From Candidatus Altiarchaeales archaeon (GTDB lineage Archaea > Altiarchaeota > Altiarchaeia > IMC4 > SCGC-AAA252-I15): a DNA stretch of 64,000 nt. The DNA lies in NCBI GenBank assembly GCA_014727915.1, contig WJMO01000006.1:256001-320000 (forward strand). Reading direction: 5' to 3'. Positions 28,254 to 37,200 of this stretch are shown here, in pieces. The translations under genes were made by a program, and so were the position numbers. Within the stretch, counting starts at the first letter, position 1. Every line of letters starts with the position of its first letter. The notes under the pieces were generated by a model, which was not told the origin of the DNA, made no database searches, and saw only the letters and a program-made list of their open reading frames with translations.

Positions 28254-29122
28254 TCGGCAACAAGAGTGACGTTCCCGTTGGCTTTGTTGAAGTAGACGTG
28301 CTTGCCACCGTTATTCCCGTATTCTCCCTCGTATAGGACCCACAAACCGGTAGACCGTCTTCCGGCATCTAGTATCTCGTCGAGGACCACATCATCGTAT
28401 GAGGTGAGGTAGGGGTCGTATCGGAGGGTCCAAACCATGCGCTTGCTGAAGTAGGTGGCATAGGAAGGGTTCAGACCGGACTCTGAAACCGCCTGGTCGA
28501 GCGTCTTGTAGTCGTCACCTGCCATGAAGGAGGCAGCCAGCAACAATGCGAGTATGAAGGCCCCTACGACTGCCGTCTTCCTCGCCTCCGATCTACTGTC
28601 TACCCTCCCTGAAGTGACCTCGACTATCCGGGAGGAGAAGAAGTAGACCAGGCCAAAACCGAACAATATGCCTGTCAACATCCTAATCTCATTGTTGGAC
28701 TCCCTCAGAGAGAGTATCGTCTGGGTCACGCCGTCAACCGCCAGGGGAGTCAGGGATGCAAGGAGGAACAGGGGGGACTTCATGGGCTTCGGCAGCCTGA
28801 CTTTCAGCAAAGGAGCCAATCCACCCATCATGCAGCCGAGGTATATTCCCGTGTCCCGGGCGCAGAATGGCATGGGGTAACCGCCGATGAACAGGGTTCG
28901 CTGGGGCATCTGATGACAGTTGGATGTGAGATATCCAAAGTTGTAGGCGAGCATTGACACGCCGAACAGCAGCCGGTTATCGGACGTTGCCAGGACTGGC
29001 GTCAGGAAGAACCATGCTAGTATGATGGCGTCCAACATCACATAAACTAGCAGGAGCATGTATAGGGTCTCCAGCACCGCGCGTCTCTCCAGCTGCCTTG
29101 CTATGAATGCGGGATATCTCAT
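28247..29122 (-). CDS. DUF2085 membrane protein
   Basis: CHQMPQR..PFCARDTGIY, DGVTQ, RESNNEIRMLTG. Confidence 0.85.
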   Translation of the reverse strand: MRYPAFIARQLERRAVLETLYMLLLVYVMLDAIILAWFFLTPVLATSDNRLLFGVSMLAYNFGYLTSNCHQMPQRTLFIGGYPMPFCARDTGIYLGCMMGGLAPLLKVRLPKPMKSPLFLLASLTPLAVDGVTQTILSLRESNNEIRMLTGILFGFGLVYFFSSRIVEVTSGRVDSRSEARKTAVVGAFILALLLAASFMAGDDYKTLDQAVSESGLNPSYATYFSKRMVWTLRYDPYLTSYDDVVLDEILDAGRRSTGLWVLYEGEYGNNGGKHVYFNKANGNVTLVADQ

Positions 29123-29652
29123 TTGAACCTGTTGTATGAGATCACATCGCCCCGATCTTTCCTGGGCTTGGGTTCAGGATCTTCATCCGCGTATCCGAAG
29201 GCTAGAAGGGCGAGCGGGTCGAACGGAGATTCAATACCTAGAATTTCCATGAACTCCCTCTTCCCGATGCCGTCCATGGGCGCGGTCATTATCAAACTAC
29301 CGAGTCCAGAGTCTGCCGCCTGCAATAGCATGTTCTCGCAGGCGAGCATCGTCGACAGCTCAGCCACCGGCTTAGACGAATCACAGCATGCCAGAACCAG
29401 GGACCCGCGGTCGATGAATGACGAATCCTGTTTGTAGAGTCCCATACGGTCCCTTGCCCTGTCATAGACCGCCCTCACCCTGGCCTTCAACTGCCTGTCG
29501 TCGACTGCAATGAACTTCCAAGGCTGCAGGTTCAAACCGCTGGGAGCCCACCGCCCAGCCTCCAATATCCCATCCAAAACATCCCTTGGAACCTCTTTTT
29601 CCTTGAATTTTCGGATGCTGCGGCGCTTAAGCGCCAGCTCTTGGAAATCCAT
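29119..29652 (-). CDS. Nitroreductase family protein
   Basis: RRSIRKF, WAPSGLNLQPWKF, ENMLLQA..GLGS, GY..E.P.PKPRK. Confidence 0.92.
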   Translation of the reverse strand: MDFQELALKRRSIRKFKEKEVPRDVLDGILEAGRWAPSGLNLQPWKFIAVDDRQLKARVRAVYDRARDRMGLYKQDSSFIDRGSLVLACCDSSKPVAELSTMLACENMLLQAADSGLGSLIMTAPMDGIGKREFMEILGIESPFDPLALLAFGYADEDPEPKPRKDRGDVISYNRFK

Positions 29653-29714
29653 GGAATACCATTTACCTTCTGTTTTTATAACAGCAACCCCAATATGTTA
29701 CTTGGTTGACGGTG

Positions 29715-29948
29715 ATGGATGTCAAGGTTTATTCTACGCCCACATGCCCCTGGTGCAAGCGCGTAAAGGAGTTCCTAAAGGCCAGGAACGTCGAATTCGA
29801 GGATGTTGACGTGGCAGGCAACCAGGAGGCCGCCCAGGAGATGGTGAAGAAGAGCGGGCAGATGGGCGTTCCAGTGATCGAAGTCGGTGAGACCATTATC
29901 GTGGGCTTCGACGAGGAAGCACTGAAGAAGGCATTGAAGCTGGAGTAA
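29715..29948 (+). CDS. Glutaredoxin-like protein (NrdH/YruB type)
   Basis: YSTPTCPWC, SGQMGVPVI, VGFD; ATG start at 29715. Confidence 0.93.
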   Translation: MDVKVYSTPTCPWCKRVKEFLKARNVEFEDVDVAGNQEAAQEMVKKSGQMGVPVIEVGETIIVGFDEEALKKALKLE

Positions 29949-29949
29949 A

Positions 29950-30147
29950 ATGGTGAAGTACGTTATCGAATTCAACAGGGATGCTTGTATCGGCTGCGGA
30001 GCCTGCGAGAAAGCCTGCGACAACTGGGTAATCCAAGAAGACGGCAAGAGCAAACCCAAAAAGGCGGAATTGGACGAGGTCGGGTGCAACAAGGACGCCG
30101 CCGACATATGCCCCGTCGCCTGCATAAAAATAAACGAGAAAAAGTAA
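29950..30147 (+). CDS. Ferredoxin (single Fe-S cluster type)
   Basis: CIGCGAC...C...CP motif in 65 aa. Confidence 0.9.
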   Translation: MVKYVIEFNRDACIGCGACEKACDNWVIQEDGKSKPKKAELDEVGCNKDAADICPVACIKINEKK

Positions 30148-30158
30148 ATAATGAAGGT

Positions 30159-30196
30159 TTGGGGTTTATCCAACCCCAATAAAAAAAATATTTTTT
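30159..30196. terminator. Hairpin plus A/T tracts between convergent genes
   Basis: TTGGGGTT-tatcc-AACCCCAA perfect 8-bp stem followed by an A8 tract and a T-tract. Confidence 0.5.
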
Positions 30197-30506
30197 AGTC
30201 TTCTAGGTCTTCGTTCAGGTCTGCCTGGTCGGAGTCCTCTGAGACTGTCTCCTCGTCCGCGCCGGTAGGCCCGCCGTCGTCGACCGTTATCACAGCCTGC
30301 AGTTTCTCGATTAACCCGTTGACTATGTCCTCCTCTGGCGGGAACCCTATGCCGCCCCTGTACCTCCTCTCGCCGTCTGGGAGGTAGTATCCCTTGGAGA
30401 TGTTCAGGAAAACAGCGTTGTCTGGTTTGACGCGCTTCTTGCTTACCTCTATGAACTTGTTGCGTCCATAGTCCACGTACTCGCTTGCAATTGTCTCGTA
30501 TTCCAT
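30195..30506 (-). CDS. PC4-like ssDNA-binding-fold protein with an acidic tail
   Basis: FIEVSKK....FLNISKGYY..DGE.....GIGFP resembles the PC4 fold; D/E-rich C-terminus. Confidence 0.6.
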   Translation of the reverse strand: MEYETIASEYVDYGRNKFIEVSKKRVKPDNAVFLNISKGYYLPDGERRYRGGIGFPPEEDIVNGLIEKLQAVITVDDGGPTGADEETVSEDSDQADLNEDLED

Positions 30507-30578
30507 TTCAAATACCTCTTCTATAGAGTCTAGTTTATAAGTAATATCCTTTATAATTTAAATAGGAGGGCTGGAAGG

Positions 30579-31004
30579 TTGGACAAAAGAGGTCAGGCTT
30601 CGCTGGAATACATGGTAATGCTGGCATTGTCACTGGTTGTCTTCTCCGCCGTGCTGTATGTAACTGGTATGCTGATAAGCACCAGCAGCATACAGGTGGG
30701 GGTGGACTCCGCCCACCGGGCGGTGGAGAAGATGAGGAGCTCCGCGGACTTCGTGTACGTCCACGGACACCCCTCAAGGACTGAAATAAACGTTTACATG
30801 CCTCCGAACATCGAGGAAGTCAGCATCCCGGAGACCAACAACAGCATACGCGCCCGCGTGTCGGTCGGCGACACCTACACGGACATATACAGCGTCTCCA
30901 AGGGAAGCATATACGGCGACCTATCGCAGCTGGACAAGGAAGGCTACTACGTGCTACGCGTTGAATCCACTTCAGAACACGACATAAACTTCACGCTGAT
31001 ATAG
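30579..31004 (+). CDS. Type IV pilin-like protein (class III signal peptide)
   Basis: KRG|QASLEYMVMLAL; SADFVY..G shared with 9785..10222. Confidence 0.88.
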   Translation: MDKRGQASLEYMVMLALSLVVFSAVLYVTGMLISTSSIQVGVDSAHRAVEKMRSSADFVYVHGHPSRTEINVYMPPNIEEVSIPETNNSIRARVSVGDTYTDIYSVSKGSIYGDLSQLDKEGYYVLRVESTSEHDINFTLI

Positions 31005-31008
31005 GCTC

Positions 31009-31983
31009 ATGAATAAACCATGGAAGAAGCGGGGACAGGTTAGCATAGAGTTCATGATAGTATTGGGGATAGTACTGACCATCTTCATAATACTGGGCTA
31101 CATCGTCTACAGGAACTACGTCAAGACAAGCGACCTTAAGGTCTACATATACGGCGTGCGATTGGCCAATCACATAGCGGACAACATAAACACCATAAAC
31201 GCCGTGGGAGAAGGTCACAGCACCTCCTTCAGCCTGCCGCCAAGCCTTTACGGAAACAGGGGATACAGCGTCAGCTTCTACGAGAACTCTTCAACCGTCT
31301 ATGTAGTGGGCACCAGCTTCTCACGCGGCGGGGGAGCGGTGACCTTCAGCAGCCCCATATCAACGGCGAACATCAACTGCCTGCTGGGAGAATGCAATAT
31401 GGGATGCAATACGAGCCGGGTGGAGCAGTGCATCGCCGTTAACCGGAGCCTTGACATACGGCTTGTGAAGTACCAGGGAGGGATCTACATGACACAGGAG
31501 AACAATGTCATGCAGGCCAGTTCGGAGGGGTCCATCTCACCATTCACGGGAGAGGGGGATGTTACCGTTGGCAGCATACCATCTTTCGTCGAGGTTGGAG
31601 AGGACTGGAACGTCATGTACGTCCACCATAACAGGTTAGACGACACAGTAAGCCTTGTGATAAGCCTCAACATCACCTCAGGGGATGCTGCAGAATACAA
31701 CATATATGATATGGTAGGTGAGGTGTTGGAGGTGCAATCCAACGAGGCAGACCCCCAGAACCCCGAATTCAGCCTTAGCCGGCCTTTAGAGGGAGCCTGG
31801 AACAATGACCTGGGAGGGCTTGGAGACGTTGACGGGGCTGTTCTGAAGTTCAGGGACGGATTCCACCTCTGCATAGAGTCCGGTAGCGGCACTATGACTT
31901 CCAGCGACTGGAAGGTGGTCAGCTCGGACGGCAGTAGCATGCTCTTGGACAAGGAGGAGGACGTGTGCCTAGCATACCCGTGA
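31009..31983 (+). CDS. Type IV pilin-like protein with a C-terminal extension
   Basis: KRG|QVSIEFMIVLGIV; paralog of 10226..10651 plus about 170 extra aa. Confidence 0.85.
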   Translation: MNKPWKKRGQVSIEFMIVLGIVLTIFIILGYIVYRNYVKTSDLKVYIYGVRLANHIADNINTINAVGEGHSTSFSLPPSLYGNRGYSVSFYENSSTVYVVGTSFSRGGGAVTFSSPISTANINCLLGECNMGCNTSRVEQCIAVNRSLDIRLVKYQGGIYMTQENNVMQASSEGSISPFTGEGDVTVGSIPSFVEVGEDWNVMYVHHNRLDDTVSLVISLNITSGDAAEYNIYDMVGEVLEVQSNEADPQNPEFSLSRPLEGAWNNDLGGLGDVDGAVLKFRDGFHLCIESGSGTMTSSDWKVVSSDGSSMLLDKEEDVCLAYP

Positions 31984-31985
31984 AG

Positions 31986-34277
31986 ATGGAGAGAGGACAG
32001 ATATTCACATGGGACCTGGTGTTCGGGATATCCGTATTCCTGATGACATTGTTCATCGTGACGCACGTGTGGAACAGCTCATACAACGACCTAAGGCACG
32101 CTGAAGAGGAGTATGAGATGAACTGGCTTGCAGAAACCATCTCAGAACAGCTTGTGAGAACGGCCGGGGACCCGCTGAACTGGAGTCAAGGGCACGTGTT
32201 CGCCTTCGGCCTGGCGGAGGTCAAGGAAGGCCAGAGCAAATACGACAGCAGAGTGCTGGACGCCGACAAGATGCTCAAACTGGTAAGCAACTTCGGAGAG
32301 GACTATGAGGCTGCCAGGAACAACCTGCTAGGATCGAGCAAATACGAGATATACATAGAGTTCTCATGCGTAAACCGATCGGACCTAACATGCCTTCAGG
32401 GGCTTTTCCTGGACGAAATCAACGACCCAGTATCATGTGAGAACTATGTAATCGGGGTGAAGGACATGGTCACCAGCAGCTACATATGGCTGGAGGCGGA
32501 GGATGAGTGGGGCAACTGGGAGGAATCCTACTGCTGGGAGGGGTGCAGCGGAGGCAACATGAGCCTGGTCCCCGACGGGATCGAAGCGGATCTGAGCATG
32601 GACCCAGGGCTGTACCAGATGTGGGCTAGGGTGGTAGACCAGCAGACGAGCGCAGAGATGGTAGTGGACGGGCTGGCACACCCGCTTCACCCGGATTCCG
32701 TGCCCGGGCCTGTCGGTTGGAAGTGGATAGGAGCTCAAGACCTCGGGAAAACAGCCAGGGTCCGCTTTGAGAAGACCGAAGGGGACATAGTAGACGCCCT
32801 GCTATTCACCACTGACCTCTTCTACGACCCCTCTCTGATAAACACCGAAGAATACGGGAACCCCGTTACATCCGACAAGTGCGTTATAGGGAAGGTCGGC
32901 AGGGGCCGCAACCACGTCACCGCAACCAAGAACGCTGTATTCGGGATGCCTGCAAAGGGCAGGGAGGTGATAACAGGGACGGCGGATAGGCTGGACAAGG
33001 AGTTGAACATGAAAGTCGTCGTCTGGACAGGCGAGGAACTGCCAGCCCGGGAGATGACAGGAACCGTAGGGACGAGCTCTACGACATCCACCACCCTGCC
33101 TAAATGGATAGACTGCGAGGGTAGCCCAACGCCCGTGGAACCGTTGGAGGAATGCGAGTACGATTCTCACTCCATAGACATAAGGAACATAACGCTATGG
33201 GGCCTCAATGGAATGAGCAGGGTCATCCGATGCGGGAGCGAGAAGAACCTCACAGTAAAGTGGCGTGGTAAGCACAGCAACCACCCCAACTACTTCGCAT
33301 TCTACCTTGACGACAGCCAACAGTACCTCGGGTCATGCCAGAGCGACAACACAGCGGAAGAGCTGATGGGAGAGGTCTACGACTATGTCATGAACTGCAC
33401 CATAGACATACCCGACGGGGACAGCTTCCCAGTCAAGGACGGATACCACGACTTCATAGTTACAGGCGAGGACTACGCAGGATACTGCCCGCCAAGCCCC
33501 GGCGAGTTCTACGCAGACGATGAGGAGTCGACGAGAGTGGACGTCACGGAATGCATGGACTACACTAGCCTATCCTGCTCTCAGACCTCAGGAGTCGCGC
33601 TTAGGTGCGGAAGCGCAAGCGGTACGGTCGAGGAAGTATACGACGTAGAAGTGAGCGAACTAAACTGCGGATTCTTGAACCAGGTGGTGGTAAGGTGGGG
33701 TGGAACCCACGGAGCAGACAAGGAGGTATACTGGACTTTCGTCGTCGACACAGGAGAGGGTTTCAAGTGCCTTGGAACCTGCAAGTCGTCGGTGGACCCA
33801 GAGGACGGGCCAGGCAGGGAAGACTATGAGATGACATGTGACCTGAACCTGAACAACCTGGACTGTCTCGGAGACCCATACAACATAGAAGGGGACTACT
33901 GGTTCTACGCAATCGCGGAATCAGACAACAGGGACTACTGCAGCCTGCCCAACAGTCCGGACGCTGAGGCGGTTGGCAGGACCGGTAATCAGGTGACGGT
34001 GAACTGCATCCTATCCGGGAGCTACGTGCTCGTGAAATACTACGTTGACGTGGCGGTAGCGACCGGGTCGGAGCTGTGGACGGACACCTCTGGGACATGG
34101 GAGGTGACGGCCACGGTCAGCCCGCTCGACCCGCCGACGGAAGGGGAGCACATGGCATTGATAGACGATATCGAACCCGGGGTTTACGAGTGGAACATCA
34201 AACTCTCCCCCGAGGGTGTGAAGCCGTTGACCAATGATTTCTTATACGATGAAAATCAAGAGTTAATAGTGGAGTAA
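31986..34277 (+). CDS. Large minor pilin/adhesin fusion
   Basis: MERG|QIFTWDLVFG at ATG 31986; SEQLVRTAGDPLNW..FGLA; CBM-like insert, Thr linker and a duplicated Cys-containing domain. Confidence 0.8.
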   Translation: MERGQIFTWDLVFGISVFLMTLFIVTHVWNSSYNDLRHAEEEYEMNWLAETISEQLVRTAGDPLNWSQGHVFAFGLAEVKEGQSKYDSRVLDADKMLKLVSNFGEDYEAARNNLLGSSKYEIYIEFSCVNRSDLTCLQGLFLDEINDPVSCENYVIGVKDMVTSSYIWLEAEDEWGNWEESYCWEGCSGGNMSLVPDGIEADLSMDPGLYQMWARVVDQQTSAEMVVDGLAHPLHPDSVPGPVGWKWIGAQDLGKTARVRFEKTEGDIVDALLFTTDLFYDPSLINTEEYGNPVTSDKCVIGKVGRGRNHVTATKNAVFGMPAKGREVITGTADRLDKELNMKVVVWTGEELPAREMTGTVGTSSTTSTTLPKWIDCEGSPTPVEPLEECEYDSHSIDIRNITLWGLNGMSRVIRCGSEKNLTVKWRGKHSNHPNYFAFYLDDSQQYLGSCQSDNTAEELMGEVYDYVMNCTIDIPDGDSFPVKDGYHDFIVTGEDYAGYCPPSPGEFYADDEESTRVDVTECMDYTSLSCSQTSGVALRCGSASGTVEEVYDVEVSELNCGFLNQVVVRWGGTHGADKEVYWTFVVDTGEGFKCLGTCKSSVDPEDGPGREDYEMTCDLNLNNLDCLGDPYNIEGDYWFYAIAESDNRDYCSLPNSPDAEAVGRTGNQVTVNCILSGSYVLVKYYVDVAVATGSELWTDTSGTWEVTATVSPLDPPTEGEHMALIDDIEPGVYEWNIKLSPEGVKPLTNDFLYDENQELIVE

Positions 34278-34281
34278 TGTC

Positions 34282-37200
34282 ATGAAAAGGGTGGTTTTTT
34301 GTGTTTTCTGGCTTTTAACCCTGAGCAGCCTAGCTTCGGCTGACGTCACATACACAATCCACCCCCAGGAGCACACGTTCAGGCCTGGGGAGACGGTCGA
34401 ATACTTCATAACAGTCAGCAACACAGGAGGAGCGACCGAGACTGTTGACTTCGACGTCACAGGACTGACCCCCGGATTCTCCTCTACGGTAGTGTACAGG
34501 GACGATGAAATACTAGCAGGAGCCTCCATAGTCGCCACTATGAGGATAACCGCCAACATCGGCGTCTCAGAGGGCACATACACCAACCAGGTAGTGGTGA
34601 CCCCCAGCAGCCAGGGACCGTTGAGCGTTGACAACATCATACTACCAGGGCGCGGGAACCCCGTGGTAGAGGGGGTGGTGAACTTCTGCCGGGACAGCGA
34701 CAACCTGGTGAAGATGTCCTGCTCTTCCACGGGATACTTCGACTCCGACGCCCTGTGCGGGGGAGCCCAGGTCGGGCATTGGGTCGAGTTCGGCGATGGA
34801 GTGGACGCGGGCAAGTGCACGGAGATCGTGGGGGCAACCTGCGGTAGCGAATGCTGGCCGCTAGGACACCCGTGTCTGGAGATAGGCATACCGGTAGTAG
34901 CGGAACAGGGCTACGCGTTCATGGTGTGGGAGAGCGGATTAAGCTGCAACGAGTTCGCCACAACAACCACCACATCAACGACAGTAACGACCACCTCAAG
35001 CACGGTGATAACCACGACCAGCACCAGCACCACGTCGACCACCATATACCAGCCGCCGACCGAGAACTGCTGCAACCAGGTCGACGACGACGGCGATCCG
35101 TGGATCGACGGCGAGGACACCGTAGACTGCCAGAAGGACAGAGGACTGAACGTGGGCTGGAACAACATATGCTGGGCGACTAGGTGGGACGACTACGCCC
35201 CCAGCTCGGACTACCAGTCCGGCGAGTACACCTGCCCGACGGACCACATCGTCTCGGAAGTCGAGATAATCCAGTACATGGAGGATTGCTGCGACTACTT
35301 CCGCATATACGACTCGAGCGACAGCATAGTACACCAGAGCAACGGAGATAACGGGTTCAGGACCATCGACGTCAGGGGGGCGAGCACCCAGAGCATATAC
35401 TTCGAGTTCACAAGCGACGGAAGCAACGAATACGACGGCGTGAGGGTGAACAGGATAGAATGCGAGCACGTGTCAGACCAGTGCCGGGACACGTGCATCT
35501 CGGAAGGCTACCTGGACGGACAGTGCAGGGGCATCGACCTCTCGGGCACATCATGCACCAGCTACCTACCGGACAGCTTCTGCGAAGTGGACTACCTTGG
35601 AGAGATGTGCTGTGAAGGGTTCTCCGACGGCACAGACTGCCCGGACAGCTCCTACGATTTCTTCGAGTCATGCTGCGAGACAAACGGAAAATTCCTGGGA
35701 GGCTACGACCCAATGGCCCCGTTGGACTGCGCCGGTGAGGGAGTAACATTCGAGTGCGTGGATGACAACAACTGCGACGGACTAGTATGCCTTGGGACCA
35801 CCCACATAGGGAGGACTCCCTGCCCGTTCCCCGACCAGCAGCAGTGCTGCTGCAGTGGAACGCCCCAGACCACAACCACTACGACCATAGTGTCCGCTCC
35901 GGAGGTCTGCTGCAACGACTACGACGACGACTACGACGGCTTGGAGGACGGAGAGGACGAGACGGACTGCAACGGAGACGTCACCCTGGAGGCTGGAGCG
36001 AACAGCGTATGCTGGTGGACGCGGTGGGACAACTACGCCTCTAGCTCGGACTACCAGTCCGGCCTCTACACCTGCCCGGCAGACCACATAGTTACAGACG
36101 TGGACGTCACGCAGGACATGGAAACATGCTGCGACTACTTTGAGATACTAGACGACACCGGAGCAGAGCTTCACAGCAGCTACGGCCACTTCGGGGACAG
36201 GGTGATAGACCTTTCCACGCACAAGAAGCAGAGCATAAGGTTCCACTTCACCAGCGACATAAGCCAGGAATACGACGGCGTGAAGATAAACTCGATAACA
36301 TGCGTGGAATACGTGGGCCCAACGACGACTTCGACCACATCCTCGACGGTGACCACATCAACCCTGCCCGGCGGATGCCTGGACATGGACGCGACACAGT
36401 ACTGCGCGGTGACTGGCGGGCGCACGTTCACGGGAGAGTACATAACACGCGTGGACATTCATGGAATAGACCGCTCTTCGGGGCAGGAACGCTACCTGGA
36501 CGCTACGGACAGCGTCACGGACCCGCTAGTGAAGACCGGAGTATACATGCTAAGGCTCTACTATCCGGCGGCTACAGGCCAGGCCGGCGACTGCTTCGCG
36601 GCCTGGTTCGACTGGAACCAAGACGACAACTTCGACGACGGAACGGAAAGGATCAGCCTTGGCTGCGCCCACACCGGCTCAGACCACATAGACGGTTTCG
36701 TCGGAGTACCATCGTCCGCGGTGAACGGGCCGACGATGTTCAGGATCATGGGCGAGGACGGCACACCCCCAGGCCCCTGCACGGACCCGAGCTTCAACGA
36801 GATAGAGGATTACTCGGCATGCATAACGGACACAGGAACCCCGGCAACGACAACGACAACGACATCCACAACCCTGCCAGGGCCCGAGCTGATAATATCG
36901 GACGTCATAGTTTCGCCGAACCCGCCGGTGGCGGGGCAGAACAACGACCTCCAAGTCACCGTAAAGAACCTTGGCGTGGTGGAGGTCACAAACACTGACC
37001 TTTACATTTCATTCAAGGCCCAGGGAACAAGCTGCGGATGGACCAGCAAGTTCGTCTCTTCACTACCTTACAACGGAGAGACCGTGTTCAGCGGGTTGTC
37101 CTACTTCATCGACACGGCCAGCGTAGGGAACGACCTGCTGATCGACGTCGACGTCAACCCCAACCTATGCGGGAGCGATAGGAACTATGTCAGCGAGGTC

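Noticed and set aside
34960-35045. ACC/ACG-rich low-complexity tracts (also near 36320, 36845, 62310, 62865)
   Set aside because: They encode Thr/Ser linkers and are imperfect, so they are not phase-variable microsatellites.
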